A DNA stretch of 30,327 bases, taken from an uncultured Bacteroidota bacterium (GTDB lineage: Bacteria; Bacteroidota; Bacteroidia; NS11-12g; UBA955). The notes under the pieces were generated by a model. The model searched no databases, was not told the DNA's origin, and saw only the letters and a program-made list of their open reading frames with translations. This document shows positions 8,432 to 17,800 of this stretch, piece after piece (position 1 is the first letter of the stretch; each line of letters begins with the position of its first letter). Location of the stretch: NCBI GenBank assembly GCA_903959115.1, contig CAJBVU010000206.1, forward strand, positions 1 through 30,327, read 5' to 3'. The translations under genes were made by a program, and so were the position numbers.

Positions 8432-9937
8432 ATGTTTAAGAAAATATTAATTGCCAATCGCGGAGAGATTGCCATTCGGGTGATGCGTACTTGCAAGGAG
8501 ATGGGCATTAAAACTGTTGCTATTTATAGTGAAGCCGATGTTCAGGCGTTGCATGTTCGTTATGCGGATGAGGCTTATTGCGTGGGCGGTGCGGCGAGTT
8601 CTGATAGTTATTTGAGGATGGATCGCATCATCGAATTGTGTAAGCAAACGGGCGCTGAGGCAGTGCATCCAGGGTATGGTTTTTTGAGTGAAAATGCGGG
8701 TTTTGCGCGGGCTTTGAAAGCCGAGGGGTTGGTGTTGATTGGCCCTAGTGCTGAATCTATGGAGGTGATGGGTAGCAAAATTGCTTCTAAACAGGCGGTT
8801 AAAGCGTTTGGGGTTCCGTTGGTTCCTGGCATTGATGAGGCAATTAAGAATGCGGAAGATGCTTTGCAGGTGGCCATTGAGGTGGGTTTTCCAGTGTTGG
8901 TTAAGGCGAGTGCAGGTGGCGGAGGAAAAGGGATGCGTGTGGTGGAAAGGAAAGAAGATTTTATATCGGCGTTGCAAATGGCTCAGAACGAGGCAAGAAA
9001 TGCGTTTGGCGATGATAGTGTTTTTATTGAGAAATACGTTGGTAGTCCTCGACATATAGAGATTCAGTTGATGGCTGATAATTTTGGCAATGCTTGTTAT
9101 TTGTTTGAGAGGGAATGTAGTATTCAGCGCAGGCATCAGAAATTGGTTGAGGAAGCGCCGAGTGCGGTGCTGACTCCTGAACTTCGCCGAGCCATGGGCG
9201 AGGCGGCAGTGAATGTTGCCAAAGCCTGTAACTACTCTGGCGCAGGTACGGTTGAGTTTCTATTGAGCGAGTCGATGGAATTCTATTTCCTTGAAATGAA
9301 TACGCGTTTGCAAGTGGAGCATCCCGTTACAGAGTTGATTACTGGGGTTGATTTGGTGAAAGAGCAAATTTTGGTCGCGGCCGGACAAAAACTGAGTTTT
9401 ACCCAAGACGAATTGAAAATTAACGGCCACGCCATCGAATTAAGAATTTGCGCAGAAGATCCCGCCAATCAGTTTTTACCCAACGTAGGAACGGTTGAAA
9501 CCTACAAAGTGCCTCAGGGTCCTGGGATCAGAGTGGATGATTGTATGGAAAGCGGTATGGAGATTCCTATTTACTACGATAATATGTTGGCGAAGCTCAT
9601 CGTTTGGGCACCTACGCGATTGGAGGCGATTGCAAAAATGCGAAGAGCGATCAGTGAATATGTGATTACTGGAATCGAGACGACATTGATGTTTGGAGAT
9701 TTTGTGATGCAGCACCCGGCTTTTATTGAGGGTAAATTCGATACCCACTTTATACAGCATTATTTCACCGGAACGGAATTGGATGCGGCAGAATTGGCAG
9801 TTGCGGAACAAGAGTTGTTGGCGATGGCGGCAGTGCAGTTTTTTCAGCAGGGTGGTAAATCCGATGCCATAGTTTCAGAGGCTGTTGGATCGAATCACGG
9901 ACATACAGATTGGTATTTGCAGCGTAAGGGTTATTAA
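8432..9937 (+). CDS. accC: Biotin carboxylase subunit of an acyl-CoA carboxylase
   Basis: MFKKILIANRGEIA, HPGYGFLSEN, KASAGGGGKGMR, ERECSIQRRHQK, EMNTRLQVEHPVTE and YYDNMLAKLI. No biotin-carrier (MKM) domain. Acetyl- versus propionyl-CoA specificity cannot be determined from sequence here. Confidence 0.93.
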   Translation: MFKKILIANRGEIAIRVMRTCKEMGIKTVAIYSEADVQALHVRYADEAYCVGGAASSDSYLRMDRIIELCKQTGAEAVHPGYGFLSENAGFARALKAEGLVLIGPSAESMEVMGSKIASKQAVKAFGVPLVPGIDEAIKNAEDALQVAIEVGFPVLVKASAGGGGKGMRVVERKEDFISALQMAQNEARNAFGDDSVFIEKYVGSPRHIEIQLMADNFGNACYLFERECSIQRRHQKLVEEAPSAVLTPELRRAMGEAAVNVAKACNYSGAGTVEFLLSESMEFYFLEMNTRLQVEHPVTELITGVDLVKEQILVAAGQKLSFTQDELKINGHAIELRICAEDPANQFLPNVGTVETYKVPQGPGIRVDDCMESGMEIPIYYDNMLAKLIVWAPTRLEAIAKMRRAISEYVITGIETTLMFGDFVMQHPAFIEGKFDTHFIQHYFTGTELDAAELAVAEQELLAMAAVQFFQQGGKSDAIVSEAVGSNHGHTDWYLQRKGY

Positions 9938-9944
9938 ATTGACG

Positions 9945-10901
9945 ATGCCAAAAATCTTGTTGATTGATGATTTTCACGAGTATTTGCATCAGTCGATGCA
10001 GGGAAAATTTGAGGTCATCGATTGTAGGGATTGTACCCCAACTGAGGTGGGTGGTCTGCTAAATTTGCATCAACCGGAAGGCCTATTTGTGAGGAGTAAG
10101 GTGTTTATAGACAAAGAATTAATGGTTGCCAGTAGTGGACTGAAGTGGATTGGTAGAGGCGGTGCTGGCATGGATAATATTGATGAGGTTTCGGCGCAAG
10201 AAATGGGCATCATATGTTTTAATGCGGGTGAGGCTAATTCGGATGCCGTTGGGGAGCATACATTGGCGATGTTGCTGGGTTTGTTGACCCGATTACCAAA
10301 AGCAAATTCGGAGGTCAAAGCTGGCGTTTGGGACCGTGAAGGCAACCGCGGGATGGAGTTAAAAGGCAAAACGGTTGGGATTGTTGGATATGGTAATACT
10401 GGTTCGGCGGTGGCGGAAAAACTCCGGGGTTTTGGTGTGGAAATTTTGGCCTATGATAAGTACAAAACGGGATTTGGTAACCCATGGGTTTCGGAGGTTT
10501 CAGAGTCAGAGTTGCTTTCAAAATCTGATGTAATATCACTTCATATTCCCCTGACTGTGGAAACCCAAAATTGGATCAATAAAAGTAGATTAGAGCGATG
10601 TAAAATGGGCATTTATTTGCTCAATTTATCGAGAGGAATGACGGTGGATTTGTTGGCGGTAGAAGAGGCTATCGAAAGCTTTAGAATTTTAGGTTTTGCG
10701 GCGGATGTTTTACCGATTGAGCCGCCTTGGAAGGATTTGGATGAAAATCGGAAGAGGGCATTTGAGCGGTTGATGGATTTAAACCATACAATTTTTTCGC
10801 CGCATGTGGGAGGATGGACGGTGGAGAGCTATCGTAAAATTTCTGTAATTTTATTCGATAAAATGTTGAAATTGTACGACATAGATAGTAACTTTTCATA
10901 A
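9945..10901 (+). CDS. D-isomer-specific 2-hydroxyacid dehydrogenase (SerA-like, no ACT domain)
   Basis: RGGAGMDNID, AVGEH, ELKGKTVGIVGYGNTG (NAD binding), SLHIPLT, LNLSRG (Arg), DVLPIEP (Glu) and SPHVGG (His). Start at ATG 9945, 7 nt after the accC stop. Confidence 0.9.
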   Translation: MPKILLIDDFHEYLHQSMQGKFEVIDCRDCTPTEVGGLLNLHQPEGLFVRSKVFIDKELMVASSGLKWIGRGGAGMDNIDEVSAQEMGIICFNAGEANSDAVGEHTLAMLLGLLTRLPKANSEVKAGVWDREGNRGMELKGKTVGIVGYGNTGSAVAEKLRGFGVEILAYDKYKTGFGNPWVSEVSESELLSKSDVISLHIPLTVETQNWINKSRLERCKMGIYLLNLSRGMTVDLLAVEEAIESFRILGFAADVLPIEPPWKDLDENRKRAFERLMDLNHTIFSPHVGGWTVESYRKISVILFDKMLKLYDIDSNFS

Positions 10902-10961
10902 ACCATACTAAGGCGATGAAAAATAAATCGCAAGGAACATGAAATATTCGGGTGCAGAAAC

Positions 10962-10992
10962 TTGATAAATCCTTGCTTTTTGGGTAAACTTG
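10962..10992 (+). promoter_or_regulatory. Putative promoter of the TBDR / T9SS cargo / PorV operon (TTG-N20-TAAACTTG)
   Basis: TTG at 10962-10964, 20-nt spacer, then a one-mismatch -7 box at 10985-10992, in the intergenic gap before the operon. Confidence 0.45.
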
Positions 10993-11042
10993 CCATGTTA
11001 TAGTTAATCGTATAACGACCTAATAAATATAGAAAACGACCT

Positions 11043-14000
11043 ATGAAGAATATGATACGCAAGATTTTCACGCTGTGTATGGGCTTATTGGCCACTGGCT
11101 TGGTGACGGCGCAAACAAACTTTGCCGATTTTAAGATTACGGCGAAGGATGGCGAGAGTAAAAAGTTGAGTGGTGTGACCATTCGGATGATTTTGAACGA
11201 CATCGAAGTAGCATCGGACACAACGGATTCGGATGGTAATGCCGAATTTACCACATTGAATCCAGGAACCTACGATGTTTCGGCAACCAAAGAAGGGTTT
11301 CCTGATCAGCGATTGAATGGTATTTCATTGGGTCCAGGCTATAACAACACAGAGGAGGTCGTATTTGTGAAATCTGATGGAAAAATGACCGACGTAGTTA
11401 TCCGCGTGAAGGGCAAAAGAACCCCGGTGGATATGATGAAGAACGATGCGGTAATTGATCAAAAACAGATTTTGAATTCAGGTCGTCGTGGTACAAGCTT
11501 GTTGGTTGGTACCAACTCAGCCATAATGAGTACTCCACAGGGTATTTCTGTGCGTGGAACAAGGGCGGATGGTAACGGAACATTTATCGATGGTCAGCGT
11601 GTTATCGGTGGTGGTAGTTTGCCTACTTTAGGTACAGAACAGATCTCTGCCAATGTGGGTGGTATTCAAGCGATGTATGGTGACTTAACGGGTGGTGTAT
11701 TTAGCAGTACTTCTAAGAGTGCAACAGATAAAATTGTTACAGCGGTTGAAGCTCAGACCTCAACGGGTTTGGATGCATTTGGTCATAATTCGGTGGAAGG
11801 ATTTATTTCTGGCCCATTGATTGTGAAAGATGTGAAGGATGCTGAAACTGGAAAGAAGCGCCGAATGGTTAAGTTGGGTTATGTGTTAAATGGTAACGTG
11901 GGTTATTACAAAGATCCCAATCCAACCCGTACAGGTGTTTATGTAGTAAATGATCAAAAATTACAACAGCTAGAAAATAATCCTTTGGTATTTACCCCGA
12001 ATGGATTTGTTAGTACTGCATCCTATTTGCGCGAGTCGGACTTTGACCAATTGAAGGCAAGGCCGAATAGCCCATTATCAAATGGCAACTTTATAGGAAA
12101 ATTAGAGTGGCGACCTTCTCAGGGCGTAAGTCTTGTGGGTTATGCGAGTTATTTTTACCAGCAAAGTTTGGCTGCGAGTAACTCTGTAATGAACTTCAAG
12201 AATAATGGTAGAAGTGATAACCAGACGTTCCGTGGATATTTGTTGTTTACACAGAACTTCAAGACAAACAAAGAGAGCTCAATCAAGAACGCATATTACT
12301 CAATTCGTGCAGAATATCAGAATTCGTATTCTGAAAGTAGAGATGCGGTTCACATGGACAATATTTTCAACTATGGGTATATTGGTAAATTTAAATCCTA
12401 CCCTACAGCGGTTTTTGCATACTCAAACAATGATCCGCAGCAGAATCCTAATAGGGAGCCTAAGATTATGCGCGACCAGTTTGGGAATTATGTACAGTTG
12501 AGAAATTACTGGGAGCAAGTTGGAAATACGGATACATTGATGACCTATACTGCAGGGGATTTGAATCCGGTGAGAGCTAAATACACTCAGAGTATTTACG
12601 ACTATTACAATGAAAGAGGTTTTAACATCAACGGAATCAATACATTATTGGCAAGTCAAGGATTGGTGAACGGCATGAACCCCAATGCAGTGTATTCTCT
12701 GCACAATACACCAGGTGGTAACACTTCCGGTTGGAGTAAGTCTAGCGCAGAGCGTTATGGTTTGTTCGCGGTAGGCCAGATGAGTGTGAAAGGTAAAACT
12801 GTTGGAGGACGTGAAAGGACCCAGCATGATTTACAGGCAGGTTTTTATTATGAGCAACAAATTAACCGTGGTTACGGATTGGGTGCCAATGGTTTGTGGA
12901 TATTGATGCGTCAGTTGATGAACAAACACATCTCAGAATTGGATTTGTCTAATCCTATTTTGAGTTACGATGCTAATGGCCAGTTTACGGATACCGTTCG
13001 TTACAATCGTTTGATTAACTACGGCGATCAATCGCAGTTCGACCGTAACTTCAGGGATAAATTAATTCAAGACGGTGCTACAGATGTTTATGGTAACAAG
13101 ATTGATGAGCGCACATTTGTTGATGTTAACTCTTTTGCGCCTTCAGATTTCAAGTTAGAAATGTTCAATGCTGATGAATTGTTGAACAATGGTAATAGTT
13201 ATGTGAGTTACTTTGGATACGATTATTTAGGAAATCGTGTTGCGGGGAAGCCAAGTATCGAACAATTCTTAAACAACAAAACACAGCGCACGATTGGTGC
13301 TTTTCAGCCGGTCTATATTGCAGCTTGGTTGCAGGATCAATTTCAATTCAAAGATCTTGTTTTCCGTTTGGGCTTGCGTATGGAAAGATATGATGCCAAC
13401 CAATTGGTGTTGAAAGATCCTTACAGCTTGTATCCAATCAAAACCAAAGGTGAAGTGAAGCAAATCAATGGGTTGGATATTTTGCATCCCAATAACATCG
13501 GTGACGACTTCAAAGTATATGTAAACGATATAGACGCTCCAACGAAGATTATTGGTTACCGAAATGGCGATAAATGGTTTAATGCTGATGGTTCTGAATT
13601 ACGCAGTGCGGAATTCTTGGCCAACCAAACTAGCAACGGTCGTATCGCGCCTTATTTGGTAAACCCCAACAAACAGGAGTTAACCAAAGACGCCTTAGAA
13701 GACTTTTTACCTGCTGTGAATTTGTTGCCACGTATTTGGTTCTCTTTCCCATTGGAGCCAGGAAGGAAGTCGTTTTATGTTAGCTATGATGTGTTGGCAC
13801 AACGTCCAAACTCAGGTGCATCGTTCTTGTCGATCGATGAATTATATTTCTTAAAAAACCGTCAAGGTTCTACTATTTCTAACGGTAGCTTGAAGCCACG
13901 TATCAAAACAGATTACGAAGTGGGATACAAGCAAATCATGGGTAAGAAAAAGGATCGAGGTTTGGAAATTGCGGCATCATACAGTGAAAACAGAAAAGAT

Positions 14001-14828
14001 TTTGGTTTGTATCAGATCAGCCAAGGATATCCTGTAACCTATACTACTTACCGTAACATTGATTTCTCTACTGTCACTGGATTCCGTGGAACATACGTGA
14101 TGAATGACATTGGTGGTAAGGGTAACATGCCAGGGCCTTTCTCTTTGGTTGCAAGTTACATGATGCAGTTTGCGGATGGAACGGGATCAAACATCAACTC
14201 TCAGGCGGCTTTGATTGCCAGTAACCAACCTAACCTTAGAAACGTAATTCCATTGGGTGAATTGGATATTCGTCATAACGTAAAGTTCAGTGCAACTTGG
14301 GCTTGGGGCGGTGGTATCAACCCAATTACCAAGAAGAACATGTACACCGGACCTCGTTGGAAAGGCAAAGAGATCTTCAAATATGCAAGTTTTAACATCA
14401 TCTCTAACTCGTACAGTGGTACTCCGTACACGCCAACGATTTTCCCAGTTCAGATTGGTGCGGTAGATCGTTCTAGGATCAAGGGTGTTCCATTTGGTGC
14501 GAGATTGCCATGGAATCAAACGTTTGATATCAACATTACCAAGGGATTGCGCTTCAATAGAGAGGATAAAGTTCAACCTTTGCTTATGAATGTATTCTTT
14601 ATCATTACGAACGTGTTAAATGCATACAACGTTGTTTCGGTTTATCCTTACACTGGTCAGCCGTTGGATGATGGATTTATCAATTCACCTCAAGGTCAAT
14701 TGTTGGCCAAAAACCAGATTGATGCACAGAGTTATGTTGATCTATATAAAATTTTGTTAAACTCCCAGACGGGTAACTTGGGTGCACCAAGAACTATCAA
14801 AGTGGGTTTGCGTATTAATTTCAATTAA
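11043..14828 (+). CDS. TonB-dependent-receptor-like outer-membrane protein with N-terminal carboxypeptidase-regulatory-like domain and very large loops
   Basis: Signal peptide; Ig/transthyretin-like N-domain (TTDSDGNAEFTTLNPGTYDV); TonB-box-like MTDVVIRV; plug motifs ISVRGTRADG.TFIDG and GGIQAMYGDLTGGV; barrel strands (AWLQDQFQFKDLVFRLGLRMERYD, YEVGYKQ); C-terminal PRTIKVGLRINFN outer-membrane signature. Confidence 0.85.
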   Translation: MKNMIRKIFTLCMGLLATGLVTAQTNFADFKITAKDGESKKLSGVTIRMILNDIEVASDTTDSDGNAEFTTLNPGTYDVSATKEGFPDQRLNGISLGPGYNNTEEVVFVKSDGKMTDVVIRVKGKRTPVDMMKNDAVIDQKQILNSGRRGTSLLVGTNSAIMSTPQGISVRGTRADGNGTFIDGQRVIGGGSLPTLGTEQISANVGGIQAMYGDLTGGVFSSTSKSATDKIVTAVEAQTSTGLDAFGHNSVEGFISGPLIVKDVKDAETGKKRRMVKLGYVLNGNVGYYKDPNPTRTGVYVVNDQKLQQLENNPLVFTPNGFVSTASYLRESDFDQLKARPNSPLSNGNFIGKLEWRPSQGVSLVGYASYFYQQSLAASNSVMNFKNNGRSDNQTFRGYLLFTQNFKTNKESSIKNAYYSIRAEYQNSYSESRDAVHMDNIFNYGYIGKFKSYPTAVFAYSNNDPQQNPNREPKIMRDQFGNYVQLRNYWEQVGNTDTLMTYTAGDLNPVRAKYTQSIYDYYNERGFNINGINTLLASQGLVNGMNPNAVYSLHNTPGGNTSGWSKSSAERYGLFAVGQMSVKGKTVGGRERTQHDLQAGFYYEQQINRGYGLGANGLWILMRQLMNKHISELDLSNPILSYDANGQFTDTVRYNRLINYGDQSQFDRNFRDKLIQDGATDVYGNKIDERTFVDVNSFAPSDFKLEMFNADELLNNGNSYVSYFGYDYLGNRVAGKPSIEQFLNNKTQRTIGAFQPVYIAAWLQDQFQFKDLVFRLGLRMERYDANQLVLKDPYSLYPIKTKGEVKQINGLDILHPNNIGDDFKVYVNDIDAPTKIIGYRNGDKWFNADGSELRSAEFLANQTSNGRIAPYLVNPNKQELTKDALEDFLPAVNLLPRIWFSFPLEPGRKSFYVSYDVLAQRPNSGASFLSIDELYFLKNRQGSTISNGSLKPRIKTDYEVGYKQIMGKKKDRGLEIAASYSENRKDFGLYQISQGYPVTYTTYRNIDFSTVTGFRGTYVMNDIGGKGNMPGPFSLVASYMMQFADGTGSNINSQAALIASNQPNLRNVIPLGELDIRHNVKFSATWAWGGGINPITKKNMYTGPRWKGKEIFKYASFNIISNSYSGTPYTPTIFPVQIGAVDRSRIKGVPFGARLPWNQTFDINITKGLRFNREDKVQPLLMNVFFIITNVLNAYNVVSVYPYTGQPLDDGFINSPQGQLLAKNQIDAQSYVDLYKILLNSQTGNLGAPRTIKVGLRINFN

Positions 14829-14847
14829 TCTTTAAAGAATTTACAGT

Positions 14848-17800
14848 ATGAAACGATTAGGTTTAATTTTGTTCAGTGCGATGTTGGCTCAAATGTCGAT
14901 CGCACGTCCCATTCTTAACTTGAATGGCAGGTCCAATAGCCCAAGGGTTGATCGCAGGGCGGGTCAGTTTGCCAATACTTGCGAACCCGCTTCTCAAAGT
15001 GTGGATTTGGATGTAAACAACGTACGTACCAAATTGTTAAATGGTGGCGATATGTGGTGGGATTTGAACAACGCAAAATATGAAATTCCGAAGGTAACAG
15101 ATCCAAACTCAGTGCGTAAACATTCATTGTTCGCGGGTGCCATTTGGATTGGCGGTCGTGATAATGGTGGAAGTTTGAAATTGGCCGCGATGACTTATCG
15201 TCAGAAAGGTTCAGATTTCTGGCCAGGTCCATTGGATACTACCACTGCTGCCACTGATCCAGTGCGTTGTAAGACTTACGATAAAATGTGGAAGGTGACT
15301 CGCGATGAGTTGGAAGAGTTTGAAAATAGCAAATATTTGACCCAAAGTGCGGGTATTCGTGATTGGCCAGCTGGAAGACAACGTGCGGTATTGTATGGTA
15401 ACGAGGCGAATTATTTGGCGCCTTACAAGGAAATTACCCCAGACGGAGTTTACGATCCTTTTGTTGGAGAGCACCCCGTGTTAGATGATCGCAGACCTTC
15501 TATTGAAAATGGAGTTGACAAGCAGCCTGATATGTTTATTTGGTGGGTTTACAATGATAAGGGTAACATTCACTCTGAAACACAGGGTCAAGCAATTGGT
15601 GTAGAAGTTCAGACAACCGCGTTTGCATTTAGTACGAACGACGAGGTGAATAATATGACATTTTACGGTTCTAAGATTATTAACCGTGGATTTACAACAT
15701 TGAACAATTGTTACATGGGTCAGTGGGTAGATGCCGATTTGGGTAACTACGCAGATGACTATGTTGGTTGTGATGTGGGACGCGGATTGGGATTCTGTTA
15801 CAATGGTGACGATGATGATGAAGGTGTATTGGGATATGGTTTGAATCCTCCTACCATTGGTGTTGATTACTTTGAAGGTCCAACAGATTCTGCAGGTAAC
15901 CAAATGGGGTTGAGTCACTATATGTATTACAACAACGACTCAGATCCGGTACGTGGAAATCCAGGTGAAGCGATTGAGTATTATAATTTGTTGCAAGGAA
16001 AATGGTTGGGCGGTCAGAATGTAACGTATGGCGGAACAGGATTTGGTGGTTCAAAGCCAGCCAAGTATATGTTCCCTGGTGATACTGATCCTGCCTATCC
16101 AACAGATCCATGGACTGAGAAAATTTCAGGAAATAAGCCTGGTGATAGACGTTTTATTCAATCAACGGGTCCATTTACTTTGCGTCCTGGTCAAACCCAA
16201 CGTATTACAGTGGGTGTTGTTTGGGCTCGTACTACTAGCGGTGGTGCAAGTGGTTCTTTGAATTTGTTGAAATTGGCATCAGACAAAGCACAAACGTTGT
16301 TTAACAACAACTTTAAGATTTTGGATGGACCAAATGCTCCAGATATTGAAATTCAAGAGCTTGAGCAGGAATTGGTAATGAAGTTTTTGAATACCAATTC
16401 TGGTAAAATCGAAAACTACGTTGAGAAATATAGAGATGCTAGCAACAAGCTTCGCACTTATAAGTTTGAAGGATATTTGGTTTATCAGTTAAAAGACGGA
16501 ACTGTTAGTACCAGCGATTTGGATAACGTTGATAAGGCTCGTTTGTTGTTTCAGTGTGATTTGAAAAACAACCGCGGTATGATTGTAAACAAAGTATACG
16601 ATCCAAAATTGGCCGCTTTGTTACCTGTGATTAAGGTTGAAGGTGCGGATGCAGGTGTTCAACATACTTGGAGTATCAAAAACGATCTTTTTGCGACAAG
16701 TGCAAATACCCAATTGGTTGATTTTAAGCCAGTGTATTATTTAGTGATGTCCTATGCCATCTTGGCTGATGATTCTTTGCAGATTGATCCAAATCAATTC
16801 CTAGCGGGTCGTCGTAATATCAAAACATATAAAGTGGTTCCTCACAAAACGGAGCCTGAGAATTTTGGTACTGAATTGACTTCAGGTTACGGTAGTGGTC
16901 CAGTATTAACTCGTTTGGCGGGTCGTGGAAACGGCGGTAACGTTTTGGAATTCACTCCAGAGACAATGAACGATATCTTGGCAAATAATATTTCTAGCAA
17001 GCCTACCTATGTTGGTGGATTTGGTCCTGTTAAGATTAAAGTGGTTGATCCGTTGAAGGTGCCGAATGCCAAATTCGAATTTGTATTAAAGGAGAATAAA
17101 GCAAGTTTGGCTTCTGGATTGAAAGATTCAATGACCAAGAATACTGGCTGGTTCATGGTGAAAAAGGGAGCTGATGGCGTTTCCAATGATACGATATTCT
17201 CCGATACAACAATTAGATCGAAGTTTGAATCAGTGCAAGGTAAGCGTAGTGTAAACAATGCCACCAAAGAGACTTTGGCTGATTGGGGATTGAGTGTAGA
17301 AGTTGAACAGGTTTATAATCCAGGCGAAAATGCTCAGGCTGATCCATCCAATGGTGTATTGAGTTGGAGTGTGGAGTGGGAAGACAATGGAAAGCAATGG
17401 TTAACTGCAGTTGCCGACAATGATGGTACTGCTGCGGGAAATTTCCCTTGGCAGAACTGGATTCGTGCGGGTCAGGCAGGTCGTGGTGCTACGTTTGATC
17501 CAATTGCACATGACTTCTTTAACCAAGACGGCACCCCTTGCGATCCAGGTCAGGCTTTTGAGAGAATTTGGAACGGTAGAATTGCGCCTTATGGGTTAAC
17601 AGGTCGTGAAAAGTTGACTGCAGCTGGTAAAAATACTTATGGTTTTGCGTGGTGGGGTAATACAGTTGGTTTGCAAAATCCAATGGCGGAATTGGCAAGT
17701 ATAGAATTGGTAATCACTAAGGATAAGAGTTTGTGGACGCGTTGCCCGGTATTTGAGATGGCGGACGACGAGATGAAGGCTTCTACCGAAGGTCAGATGT

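Noticed and set aside
8447-9136. 229-aa antisense ORF inside accC
   Set aside because: No recognisable motif; it lies wholly opposite a conserved gene and is explained by that gene's codon usage.
10913-10931. Small inverted repeats (GCGAT-N9-ATCGC here; GCCC..GGGC near 24698)
   Set aside because: Stems are only 4-5 bp with no U-tract; too weak to call terminators or operators.
10829-11254. 141-aa minus-strand ORF spanning the intergenic region
   Set aside because: It overlaps two well-supported genes and the promoter region, and has no family features.
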